This document shows, piece by piece, positions 23,626-35,812 of a DNA stretch of 48,779 nucleotides. Each line of letters opens with the position of its first letter. Within the stretch, counting starts at the first letter, position 1. The DNA comes from Catajapyx aquilonaris. Lineage: Eukaryota. Location of the stretch: contig KZ538068.1 of the NCBI GenBank assembly GCA_000934665.2, positions 124,001 to 172,779 of the forward strand, read 5' to 3'. The notes below the pieces were generated by a model. The model was not told the origin of the DNA and searched no databases. It worked only from the letters and a program-made list of their open reading frames with translations. Position numbers and translations under genes: made by a program.

Positions 23626-26419
23626 CTAATAGGTTGAAGGAAGTTCCTATACAAGGACCTGGCCTCGACTCAGGCTACCACACGACTGATTACAAAGCTG
23701 CACGTATCCACGCCATCTAATGACAACTAATCACAAGTTGTTGAAATGTGGCAAAACAATGTACTCACTAGCTTCCTCGGATCTTACTGCAGAATTTTCG
23801 TGGTCCTCCTTGCTCCAAAGAGACGTGTCCTCTGAGATGTGCGGAACATGGCCTGGGCAAGAGAGTTATCCGATGTAGCCTCGAGTCTGTATTGATAACC
23901 GCGCTTTTCCCTTTGAAGCAAGCACTCAGGGATAAACAGTGTCTTTTCTTTTTTCCTCATGCTCATGGCAGAAACCTCGGTCCTGGTTCTGCCAATCTTC
24001 CTCTTTGAGTGCATTTCCAGGGAAATAAATTGGAGAAATGTTTTCTTTCCTTGCCTCCAGACACATTTTCATTTCTGTAATACCAACAGAAATATTCATC
24101 ATTTTCCGAGTCCTGGCGAGGAGCTCAGGCTTGGACCCAAGCTTTTCCTGCCATTTACTTGCAACCAGTTGCTACTCACCTACTAATTTATACCTCTATA
24201 GTATTTTTATATTGTATAAAAATTGAGGAAAATGTTACAAGTGTGAACATCAACATACAACCTCTTTTAATTTACAGAAATCTTTCAACTACCCAGGGTC
24301 AATCGACCAGTATACACCCAAAAAAGCACCAAAAGTCCATCCAACTCCACGCTAATAACCCCAATTTGCAAGTTGTCCAAAGTGGGCATCCACCTGAGTG
24401 ACCTAACAAGTTAAGCCTGTGCACAATTGAACTGTGGCTCCCAGCCAGCTAGCCCCCAGAGGGGGGGGGGGGGGGTCTAAATGATAGACCCACATTGGGT
24501 TTCAGATTATAACAAACAGGATCAATGAAACGTTAATTTTAATTTTGTGCCTAATCCGAAACAGCCGAAAGCACCGTGTAGTTTACTTTTATGGATGCAG
24601 AGGCTCTCCTGACCAGCTGCTGCCATTCAAATGAGGCTTGGCTCTATCATGTGTGTGTATGTGTGTCCCCCCCTTTTTCCCCCACTAGCCGCCATAGTAT
24701 TCCACGTATCAGGGCAAGTCCACCGGCTAATGTCAACACAAAACACGGCAGATTAATTGGCCATCATTTTGGTGCGCTCTGGACGACCGAAGCTATCTCG
24801 CAGTTGGCCAGCCGTGAAATTCCCCCTTCTCTCTGGGCTTCCATCGTGGTCGGACAGGAAGCTAGGACCCCCCCGACAGTTCGAGTGGGGGATGGCGGGG
24901 ATGGGGAGGTACGTAATGAGAAGAGATGGCCGACGACTCTGATTTGGCTCAGTGGACACAGCACAAATTCCATGTCGGGATTTCGGATCTAAGAGATTCT
25001 TAGGCGTACCTTCAATTAGTTCAGGTGAGATGTTCAGTGCTTGGACTACTAAGTTGGTCCGGACAGATCCGATAGAAAATTTGGGGACATGTCTCTAGGG
25101 CATGATTGCGCAAGAAAACTTTCCTTACGTACAAGACAAAAGAAATGACGGGGCAAGTTTGCGTAAGTAAGCCAGGCGCTCTTTGCAAATGAGAAAGTGC
25201 TCTCTAACTAATGACAATAAAATGCGGGAAACACACTACCGCGGAAAAGGTAGGTCCAAGGGTAAAGTTGACGCAGAGGGAACAGTGAGGCCTCAGGGCG
25301 ACAAACAGTGGCGTGTCTCAAATTGCTGGGCAGGTAAGAATATAGTCTAGTCTCCAACATGAACATGTGGTGGTTTCTACCAGATGTCAACCTTGTTTCT
25401 GGCTAAAATGCGCCAACCCTTTAAAGCTTTATCCTTTCAGTCTGGGTAACAATCCTGCGAAAAAATAAATATGAGGCCATTATTATGCTCATCCCAGGCT
25501 GACACCGTTCCTGACTATTCGGGCGGCTCCAGCAGCAACTTTCATGCAACCCGCAACACACGGCGGCCAAAACAGGGTAGTCTATTCATCAGTGTTTCCC
25601 TGGCGCAAAAGCGACGTAGTCCTTGTGTCCGCTAATTAGCTACATGGAGCCCCCCAACCTGTGGTCACAGGCACGTATCTGGCATGATTTCCAACTGGGG
25701 TATGATGTTACAACATTGTCCCTTTTAACAATCGCTGGCATACGAGGGTCTGGCACAGTTTTCACGGTATTGTCCGTCCGGCGCTTAATTATGCTCTCGA
25801 TAGAGCCACATCACCGATTTTCCAGAGCTAATATTTCGTTTGCGCAGACAAGAGTAACGTTGGGTTCGGCCTGCGGGACCCCCGGCACTTTTCAATGTGT
25901 GCCTTTATTCATTGCTCTCATTATTCGGTTTTACACTTCATTCCGAACTCAGAGTCATCAATCAAGTCGTAAGTAGTCACATGGGATGTAATTGTGAGGC
26001 GTGATTAAATTTTTGGGCCTCATTGGGTAATGACTGCAGCCCCACCCAGCCGGACAGCGCCAAGGGGTTGGACCTACATGGCGCTCGGGTACATTGAGAA
26101 GGTCATTACTGCAACCGAAACCGGGCTGATTTGCACCTCTGTTCTGGGCCAGGACCATAAAGCACGTCACGCTGGCAGGAGCTGCGTGGATGACGTTAGC
26201 GTGACTGGACATGACGTGGGGGCAGCTGGTGTAACGTCACCCTCTAATGTGGTGATAAATTAGTAAAATTGCACACACTAAATAAACAAACATTCGAGAG
26301 ATAAATTAATCAGTAAATGAATAAAATACTAAATAGCCTAAACAAATATAAAACTAAAAAATTAACAGAGATCAAACTCTAAAATATAAACAGTCTAAGT
26401 ACAATATTGCACGAACAAA

Positions 26420-26546
26420 GTTTTTTTTAAAGATATACCCCGTTCGCCATAGATGCGGGTCAGAAATACCCCACTGACACCGCACCTCCTCCAGGACAGG
26501 AAAAGGAAGGAAGCGGCTGTGGCCTATTTTACGGTACGATCCCGGG
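26420..26546 (-). mobile_element. 5'-truncated, internally shortened copy of the tRNA-SINE at 40343-40786
   Basis: TGCGGGTCAGAAATACCCCACTGACACCGCACCTCCTCCAGGACAGGA...GGAAGCGGCTGTGGCCTATT aligns to about 40570-40660. It shares the TATACCCCGT tail junction and a T-run. Candidate TSD CGAACAAA at 26412-26419 and 26547-26554. Confidence 0.8.
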
Positions 26547-28661
26547 CGAACAAAATATTAAAGCGAAGATATTACAAAAATTAACAATTGAGCATATAAA
26601 ATAATTAATGGATTTAATTTAATGGTTGGATTAATTAAGTAATTAATGAAGTTGCATTTAATGCAAATTTCATGACACATTAAGTAGGCTACATGATTGC
26701 TTGTTAAAGTTCTCTTTCCCCTCCAAATTCCATAAAAACTTAATTTGTAGGCTATACAATAATAAGACAGGTCTGACTCGTGTGACGGGTGTGTGACATT
26801 CATCACTCAAAAAAATGAGCGTGACGTTCTCTCTCTAACATAAGGATCAAGAAATAAATCACAAAATTACAGGCACCGTGCAACTTCAGCGCCGCTAATT
26901 TTTCCAAGTTTGCAAACTTCCACAGTTCTGGTCAGACATCTCAACCCGCAACTTATGGCAATTAGCCCCTCGTAAAAATTAATCAACTCCGGTTTACTTA
27001 GAATACTCGCGTTAAAAGAATGAAAAAGGAAGAGTAGGAAAGAGCTCCCACCTCCTGCAATTTGAATTAATTACCCCCGCCTCTCCCACCGACTTTTCAA
27101 GTCTGCAAGAACCTTGCAGCCCCCGCAAAGTTGCAGGCAAGGTAATCTTCACCTTGGAGAGCCTCGGCAGCAGGCAGCGAGCACAAAGATAAATCTATCA
27201 GAGGCTGAAACTCAATTACAAATCGGGCAGACAAATGGCTCGACGGTGGAGTTCATTGCGCAATGGCATTCAGAAGTCGCATGGTGATTCACTTCCAAAT
27301 GCAATTTTCTTCCGATAGCGTCTTCTCCTTGCAAGAATGGCCGACTAGCAGGAAGGGAAACGAATAGGTTGTTCCTGTATGAAAAAGACCCGCTTCGAAT
27401 GCGATCCCACACTATCTCGCGGCAGATTGAGTCGATAACGAGGGTGCGAGCTCTAAATCGAATTTCATCCCTCAGGATAAAAACGAAAGAGGGGGGGAAG
27501 AAGAGTTACTGTAAGAGCAGGATATGCACTTGTAATGCGCACATGTAACAAAAATACTTAAAAAAAAGGACACCTTCAAGAATATCCTGGCGCTATGCAA
27601 CCAGCTGAACCAACCAGCCCCATCTGTTGTCATTAGGCCAAATCACTTTTAAAGCGGGAAATTCAAATGTCAAATTGTTCTTCTTAATTCCGAATCAGCA
27701 TGAATATAGGAAGGAGCCGAATTTCCATCCCAATCAGAGCAATACTGTACCAGACTGTGTTCTGAATTTTGATTCGGTCAGATTACATGAATGAACAGCA
27801 AACCACTTTGACTACTGTAGCCTACTGAAATATCATTACGAACCAATGAGAATAATTGCCAAATTGCTAGGGAAGCCCACACTGCCTGAATAATAATTGC
27901 GGCCGATAAGACTCAGACTTGTAATTGACTCAAGAGCAATTGGCTATTTAATAAACAAGCAAAGACGGTTTATTAATATACGACATAGCCACCTTCTCCA
28001 TAAAAGCCTATTGTTACAGTACATATTTTTTAAATCCAGAAAGATGTGTTATCACCATGCAATGTCTGGGTATGTGAAATGATGGAAAACCAGTCGGAAG
28101 CACACAACCGGAAGGGAATTGTCTGGATAGCTATTGGAATCTTTCCAACAGCCGTCTTCTCCGAGCTCTGTCCAAACGTTTTTCGGAGGCCACGACAATT
28201 GGACCAACTACAACAGAAACCAGTCGGCGCAGATTTGTCGTTTGCCGAAGGGAATCTGAGAGAGAGGTAAAAAAAAGAAGAAAGCTGGAAAAAAAAATTA
28301 GGTTGCTTCAAGTTGGGACCGCCCAAAGGAACACGCTGCTTCTGCTGGCCTCAACACGGGGAATAGAAAGTTATGGGGGGTTCGGCTTGGATTTGCTCGC
28401 TCACAATCACACTAAACTACATTTATCCTCAGCCCAGACACACTTTATGACGCGGTAATAAACAAGGAGAAATAATATTTCGCGTTAAGGTTTGCGATCC
28501 AGCTAATAGTGATAAGGTAGCAGGCATTTAGGTGGCAACAATTGCATCTGTTTTGATAATTGTCATGTTTTAGAGGTTTGGTTATTTTCAATTGTCATAA
28601 TTTTTGGGGATATATTGTGTGAGACAGACTAACATTTTTGGATTGAAACGTTTTCTAGATT

Positions 28662-29171
28662 CACACAGAAAAATGGCCGCGTCAGGTGACACGCTATGGT
28701 AGTCAGGTGACGATATCCAGTTTGACTCGCCAAGCAGAGTCAGTTCACTCTCCAAACAAGTCGCCTGACTCCTCAGGGGAGTCAAAGGGCCACCCCTCCC
28801 CGAACTGCTCTGACTATCCTGGCGGGTCCACTGATGACCCTGGGGAGTCCCCCGACCATCCTGGCGAGTCACAGGACACCCCAGAGGAGTCAAATTACTC
28901 ACCTTTATAATATAATAATATAAGTTTATAAAGGTGAGTAATTTGACTCCTCTTGGGTGTCCTGTGACTCGCCAGGATGGTCGAGGGACTCCCCAGGGTC
29001 ATCAGTGGACCCGCCAGGATAGTCAGAGCAGTTCGGGTAGGGGTGGTCCTTTGACTCTCCTGAGTCAGGCGACTTGTTTGGAGAGTGAACTGACTTTGCT
29101 TGGCGAGTCAAACTGGATATCGTCACCTGACTACCATAGCGTGTCACCTGAAGCGGCCATTTTTCTGTGTG
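28662..29171. mobile_element. 510-bp foldback MITE with CAC termini (CACTA/CMC-like, tentative)
   Basis: Arms 28662-28910 and 28926-29171 are reverse complements, with about 7 substitutions and one 3-bp indel, around a 15-bp AT spacer. Termini CACACAGAAAAAT...ATTTTTCTGTGTG are flanked by ATT on both sides. Internal CCTGGSGRGTC motifs recur at 22-bp spacing. Confidence 0.88.
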
Positions 29172-29234
29172 ATTGTCCATAGATCAAACCCATGACAGCC
29201 TATAGTGCAAGCTATCAATCTCACCAGAAACTAC

Positions 29235-29292
29235 ACAGAAAAAATCCAATTTGAAGTTAAACTGACCACCTTGGCGAATCAACTGACTAGGC
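29235..29292 (+). mobile_element. Orphan left end of a related CAC-terminus MITE
   Basis: TA|CACAGAAAAAAT is followed by AACTGACCACCTTGGCGAATCAACTGACTAG, which resembles motifs in 28662-29171 and 30532-30861. Confidence 0.5.
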
Positions 29293-30531
29293 TGGCCTTA
29301 ATTAAAATGCTAATATTCCTCCCATGAGCACAATGTACAACTAGCTGAAATGATTTTAAAGACTTGTTCGTGTCAGAGCTACCCAGCAGCGGGAATTCAT
29401 TATGATAGACATGTGAAGTGTCAGGGGAGTCCCTGTAGACATGTTCATTGGCCCGATTTTTTAAAAAAAGAGTGAGTGGAACAGTGGGACAGTCCCTTCT
29501 GCATGACACGATTGTTGTCCAATAGGCTATGTGTTTTTAGCTACCAACAGCTCTGTTGACTCCATTCCTCCCACCTCATTACCATTCTCAAAAAATATCA
29601 CCGGAACCCCCATAATGTACCTGAACACCGCTATTTTCTCCCCCAGTGGACTTTGGTCCCCCACAAAAAAAAAAGTTCTGCAAATGACTGGTTCCGATTT
29701 CGCCAGTCCTGTCACGATCCTCCTTCCGACCTCCTCCTCTCCTCTACAAAGCCAGCACGCTCTCGGCGGCGACCGACTAGAGGGAAATGACGTAGTTTCC
29801 TCCTGGAACATAATTCCTGATTTGCTGATTCGATCCGGCGGGGCGTCCGGAGTGGAAAAGAGAACCGGAGGAACGAAAAAAATATATATAACACTGAAGA
29901 AGAAGACGAAAAAAAAAAAGCTGCTACAATACTCATCGTTTCTTCTAGCGTTCGTTTGGAGGACTTGTCTGCTCAAATATTTGCCCACTTGTCTGGCGCT
30001 AGGGATGGATTACCAGGATCCATCAAGAACTGGCCCCATCACTTGGGCCCTTATTTGATTTTCCGTCCATTAGGTTAATAGAGCGCGAATAGTAGTGGGG
30101 GGAGGGGGGGAGGAGGAGGTCCTTTTCCTCAGACCATATACCAAATTAGCATGACAAAAAGACGGGGGAGAAGGGGTGAGGTTTTCTTGCAGGCCAGATG
30201 GGTCAGGGGGAAGGAAAAAAGGTTCTGGGCCATTACGTGCGTGTCACATAATGTTGGGGACAAGCTCGGAGGGAGGCGAAGAAGCACTCTTAGTCATTTA
30301 CTGTCTCTATAGATGGTTTAAAAAAGATGGCTGTGTTTTATCTGCTATAGGGTGTTTTTTTTTGGAACAGTATTAGCATCATCTAGGGCCAGTTAGTGCA
30401 TAGAATAGTGTAATAAAATATGTAGCTATTTGCCCAAAATCAACCAGGCTTATCAGGTTCAAATTTTCAGCTTAAAAATTTGATTTTATAAAAATTAGCA
30501 TGGGTGTGCTGACCCTAGTGATATTTCCAAG

Positions 30532-30861
30532 TTCCGTCAAGTTCCGTCAAGGTGACTAGCAGAGAGTCAACTGACTAGTCGATTTGTCTAGGTGCATACA
30601 CCTAGAAAAATCGACTAGTCAGTTGACTCTCTGCTAGTTAACCTGCCAGGTTATTCTGGTCACCTTGAAGGAACTTGACGGAATTTCTACATGCTGTTTG
30701 CTACTCAGGCAAAGCTACAGGGTGACCAGAACTGACTAGTCGATTTGTCTAGGTGTACACCTAGAAAAATCGACTAGTCAGTTGACTCTCTGCTAGTTAA
30801 CCTGCCAGGATATTCTGGTCACCCTGTAGCTTTGCCTGAGTAGCAAACAACATGTAGAAAT
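30532..30861. mobile_element. Compound structure of CAC...GTG MITE ends forming two adjacent palindromes
   Basis: The central unit 30599-30755 (CACCTAGAAAAATCGACTAGTCAG...CTGACTAGTCGATTTGTCTAGGTG) is flanked by TA. Each side abuts another end of the same element. Hairpin 1 is 30532-30683 and hairpin 2 is 30683-30861. Confidence 0.8.
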
Positions 30862-31354
30862 GGCAAATGTAGTTCCATATGACAATAGGGAGGTCACTTG
30901 GTCCCTCCATAGATATTCCAATCCATCCCCATCTTTTGATAAGCTGCGCGGTATAACCCTAGAGTCGAAGGAACAGTAAATCTGGATGCACAAAAGGAAG
31001 AAAAAACAATTCTCTTCCTTCCAAACCAATACATTAAATTTACATTTCAGTTCTCAGACAGAATACGCAATGGATTGAGCGCCATATAGCCCCAGCAGCG
31101 CGACAAGGAGAAGCAAATTACTTGCTGCTACACGGGGGGATAAAATCCAATACCTTCCTGTCCGTTAGCGAGAAAAAATTATATTTCGGGTGCGGCATAA
31201 CTCACGCAGTCATAAGCTCCAAATAAACTTTTTTTTTTGCTTCTTCCTCGCCGTCTTCTTTGCCATTAATAAACATTAAGGTGATATCCCTAGTGCTACG
31301 TCACGATTGGAAGAAAATATTTAGGCATATGTATACGCTGAAAATTCATAACTC

Positions 31355-31702
31355 CTATATGCACCCAGCATATACTCGTAGGCGTTATGACATTACAATG
31401 GATCTTCTGGTGACTGGTCGGGCCACGCAGAAGATAATTATAATGAATTATAGGCGATGATGAAAACGATGATATGAACACATACGTACATACCTAGCTA
31501 TCTATTAATATGCACCTTGCAGATAGAAAATAGAAGGAAATATGTTTATGCACCCAGCAGATATAAATATTTTCAGGGACAAGAAAATATTTTAAGCAGC
31601 TGCTTGTACATATTAAGAAACATGTAAATATTTTATGTGCCTAGTAGGTGTATTTATGCACGTAGTAATTATTTTTATACGCCTAGTAAATATTGTATGC
31701 GC
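31355..31702 (-). repeat. Degenerate repeat cluster related to the reverse complement of the 33-bp unit at 39136
   Basis: Recurrent TATGCACC(C/T)AG(C/T)A motifs, e.g. TTAATATGCACC (31505) and TATACGCCTAGTAAATATTGTATGC (~31676), versus reverse-complement unit TTAATATGCATCTAGTAAATAATATTATGCACC. Confidence 0.55.
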
Positions 31703-33812
31703 TCAGACTAGCGACTGAGTCGAAGTCTCCAGAAAATCATGGCAAGCTTTAGGGAGGCAACACCGCAGTGTTTCATAACGAACCCAATTCCTCTCGTCAT
31801 ATGTCTCCTCGATACCTTTAACTCTCTCTTCCTCCACATCCCCCAAGTGAAGAAAAAATTCCTGACCAGATGTCGTCGGAGGTTCCCGAGGGGGCGCCAC
31901 GAAAGCGCTTCTACTGAATTGTGGCAGAAACGAGTTTCTTGAAACCGGATTTCAATTGGCTGCTGCCAGCAACGCCGGGGGCGGCTGCAGTGGAGTCCCA
32001 AGACACATGCCGACGTATACTCAAACTGTACTGTAGTAACTCCCAGAACTGTGGGGTCTGCGCCACTTTCGCTGCCTGTCGCGACAAGTTTACACCCAAT
32101 CTCCTCGTGTCTCTCCAATGACTATTATTTCATATCCGGGTTGAATGCGACCACTACTATGTTGTAAATCACCAGAGCAATGTACAGGGTGTGACAAAAG
32201 ATGTGTCGGACTTAACCACGGCGTGAAAAGTTGGAAATACAAATTTTCAGGTCAAAATTGGCTATCCTTAGTGGTGTAAATAACTCGAAACAGGCACAAT
32301 TGAACGCCCATGTCATACTTCATGCATCTATTCCAGTCAAAGGTCATGCCATCTAAAATAGCCTCCCTAAAAAGGCGAACCATGTAATTTCATGAGTAAG
32401 AGTGCAAACAAGGGCAATGGTAGGTGCGTGCCTGCTGTTTTGGTTCTCGAGCAGTTCGATAAAGCAAGCCGCCGTCTAGTCTAGTCGCTTTTTCTGTTCT
32501 CATAAAATAGTCCTAGAGCACACACACAAAAAAAGAGAGAGAGTGGACTCCATTACACTGGGCTTGGCCGCACATTAGAATTATTGACATCCTAACTGCA
32601 CCAATCGACGACAACTGTTTTGATTGGCCAGATTATGCCTCCCGCTTTTTGTCGATTATGACCACAATTCACTTCAATACTGCGGCTTTTAATGAAGGAT
32701 CAAAAAATATGAGGCTCTATACCTATCTGGGGGATAAATAGACTCATTTTGGCTGGGTGGGTGTGGTTGAGGATCAATAGTGCAGCATTGGATATTAAAT
32801 TAGTCAGTGTCCCCACCAATGAGTCAGCTTTAAATAATTGCATATGCTCAATTTTGCAGGCGTCGCCAAGGGCCTGACTTTTATTGAAGTTGGGTCCAAT
32901 CACAAGACACGCGCTATTTCTTATTCATCGGGTGTCAAAGCTGCGGAAGGAATTGGGTGCATTTTGGGACATGTGTCATTCAGCTGTCTTCGACCTTTAA
33001 GCTGTGAATGCGGACACGGGTCAAGTCGGGTCGGACATTGTCGCATGATTCCCGTCGATATCATTTTTGTCATATGACTGCAGAACATTTTGAAGATCTG
33101 AATATTTAGGCCTACTATAACCGACTGCTTTAAATATTAATAAAAAACAATTAACATTGCAATAGTAATTTATAATTGCGGACAGCCACTTGTTACTGAG
33201 ACAGTATAAAAGTAGGAGTCAAAAATTTTGGCTGTTAATTATGAAATTTTAACAAATGAGCCATAATGAGCAATCAAATCGATTACCGTTAAGTTAACAA
33301 GTTCTAAACCCGGTGACATCTAAATCTGTCATCAAGGTAACTTCCACCATATTCCTTCCAGCCTCATTACTTTGTGGCTTTCAGCAGGCACTCTAGCGAA
33401 GAAAATCTATCGTTCTTTAAACATCTGCATCTCTCGCTTGCAACGATGTCATTAAGCGGTTTTGAATGTACCTCAAAAGGGTCGTTAACGGATTAGATAT
33501 GCACTAATTAGGCCGCAAAAACAGCTAAAGCGTTGACAGTCAAGATGATGGTTCAGATTACAGAAATTTGATGATACTTGTTCTTCACAATTTACTGCAG
33601 GTTGGCGTACGGGTACGACATACACTTGGGCCGCACTATATTGCTCTTCAGAAAAACATGAGCCGTAATTAGACGGCCTTTGACTCTTGTCAAAATGCGC
33701 ATGAAATTGTGCGTAAATGACTGATACGGTCTGTAAATTAGGCAAAAAATGATGAGTTTTAAAGCCACTCTCATTAGTAGCTGATGTTCTTAATTAACAC
33801 CATTGTTTTTAA

Positions 33813-33900
33813 CCCTATATGCCTGAATTATTTTTTCTCAATTTAAAAAAATCTGGCAATGATACAGCTGTCCTATATGTAGGACGCTAGCCGTTCAGAG
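33813..33900. mobile_element. Possible piggyBac-like miniature relic
   Basis: Left end TTAA|CCCTATATGCCT. Right end GTCCTATATGTAGGACGCTAGCCGTTCAGAG|TTAG. Both motifs appear joined at 40171-40206 (TTAACCCATATATGCCTAGCGTCCTATATGAAGGAC). Confidence 0.4.
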
Positions 33901-35734
33901 TTAGATGACATGGCATTTTGAAACACCCTGTCAACATCAGTCCCTTCATTCCCCTTCCTAGTATAAGGTGCATCATGAAGCTCGGTTGCCTAATGGGCAT
34001 GAAGAGGCGTCGCGAGAATCTTCATCTGCCACATGCCCTCTCCTGCGAGCCTCGCCCGCAGCGAGACAAGCGACATGTCCTATAGCCAATGGCCACATTC
34101 CGCCCACTGCAAAAGCCCTTTTCTGCGGCGGCCCCAATGTCTTCGCGAGATTAGAAGATTCCTCTTTAGACTTGTTTTCCCAATTTCATTTCCTACTTCA
34201 TTTTCGGCGAGCACATCTCGCTGCTGTGCCATCATGAATTATTCCGGGGTAATTCTTTGTCTGACACGATCAGAATGCTAAGACCCTTTTCCTTTTTCGC
34301 CTCCCGGGGTCCCCTGCTTCTTGTTTGTCGACCGTCGGCGAGGGATGGAAGTCCTGGAATAAAGCCACTACGCATCAGGTCATTTCGGACACCAAGGAGA
34401 GTGAATTTCTCAAAGAGGAAAACACCTTACGTAACGCGAGATGGAGCTAGCGTCTGGACGCCATCTCGTGACTGAATAATTAGGAATCAAACAGGTTGCC
34501 CACAAATTCAATCTGATTTGATTATGGCTTGATGGACGTTGGATGCTTGGTTGACTCGTACAAAGTGATCATTACTTATGCAGAGGTGCAGCGTGTACGG
34601 TACAAGAAACGTCTTTCAGTAGTGTGTACTTTCGCAGAATTTTAACGACGCGATGCCTTTTCGAGCAAAGAAGTCATTACTTATCGGCTCTTAAGGGTTG
34701 TCCCCAGCTGTTGCGCTTTCACTGCTGAACCAAAGAGATCCTTGTGCAAAATTAACTCGAATTAGGAAGCTTGCTAGAGAGCGCAAGGGGAAAACAAGTG
34801 AAGTTTGTCAGCCTGTGAATGCGCACTATTTGCCTTTGGGACCAAAGTTTTAATTTCAACGAATTCAACGAATCTCTGTAGTTAACACGACATTGTCGAC
34901 ATACCTAATTATTCCTATTTTTGAAGGGTGGATTTTGATGCCTTTCTTTGAAGCTAACAATCATTCAACGAATACAATAGAGAGATCATAACTCATATTT
35001 CCCCCCAGCAGACAACAACATGACTAGTTTTTCAAATTTAAATTTACAAAATTGACCCTGTTCTATGCCAATAGATCGTTTGCCATCAAGCTCATCGGTT
35101 GCTATTAATCACCACCGATGACAAATGATTCAGCTGTAGTCACGATCCTTCCTGATCTGCAAGGAATTGGTGGCATACCTAAAACGGAAAGGAGGACGAA
35201 TCGAAGTGTTGACAACAACGAGACTGGACGTGAGAAATGAGTGGCGTGCCCTCATTGAAACCTTGCCGTGTGAGTCCACGGGTCGACTGATAGCGTCATC
35301 AAGATCACGTTTGCTAGGTAATTAACAGCGGTTGGGTGGCTCGTTTGAATTCCCTGCTCGGCACACCGAGCTGGGACTGCCATCCCAAGTAGGGGGAAAG
35401 AGGGGCAGGGGACGAGGGAATTCTGGTGGAGAGAGGCGGGAGAGGTGGGGACGCACTTGGGCTAGTTAGGAAAGCTCAGGGGTCAGTGTTGACTCGACCA
35501 GACTTGTGGCTGCTAACAAACCTCCGCCACACACATTTTGCTTGGTTGTGCTCAACTTCCCCTGCTTGACCAGGGAGGGGGAGGATGTTGTCCAAAAACG
35601 TGTCAACAGACAGGACAAGGATCTGCTCCTTACTCGGCCCCCAGACCAACACTGGCCAGACATATGTGCCGGTCTGATAAAGGTCCAACTAAGTTAGTAA
35701 TTTACTTGGGATGATTGTAAAATTGTGTATTTCC

Positions 35735-35812
35735 AACCGTCACGCAGTTTCAAACGGTCGCGGAGTTTCTAACGGTCGAGCATACTAACGGTTGAGCATA
35801 CCAACGGTCATA
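35735..35812 (+). repeat. Short degenerate 16-18-bp repeat with AACGGTC core (5 units)
   Basis: AACCGTC, AACGGTC, AACGGTC, AACGGTT, AACGGTC at 18, 18, 16 and 16-bp spacing. Same core as the 28-bp arrays. Confidence 0.6.

Noticed and set aside
29170..29180. Conserved miRNA seeds (TGATTGTCCA miR-219-like; also TGAGTATTACA miR-12-like at ~6809)
   Set aside because: Only the first 10-11 nt match from memory, with no full mature sequence or precursor hairpin.
28588..29182. Paired near-identical ORFs on opposite strands
   Set aside because: They are a consequence of the inverted repeat and have no protein-like features.
29527..30058. 175-aa and 153-aa antiparallel ORFs, and similar 130-177-aa ORFs elsewhere
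   Set aside because: They are low-complexity, homopolymer-derived runs with no recognisable domain. Such lengths are plausible by chance with alternative start codons.
32185..33930. 1.75-kb Tc1/mariner element between CAGGGTGT ends
   Set aside because: Only ~13/15 terminal match, the right flank is TC, and there is no transposase remnant. These are probably independent orphan ends.
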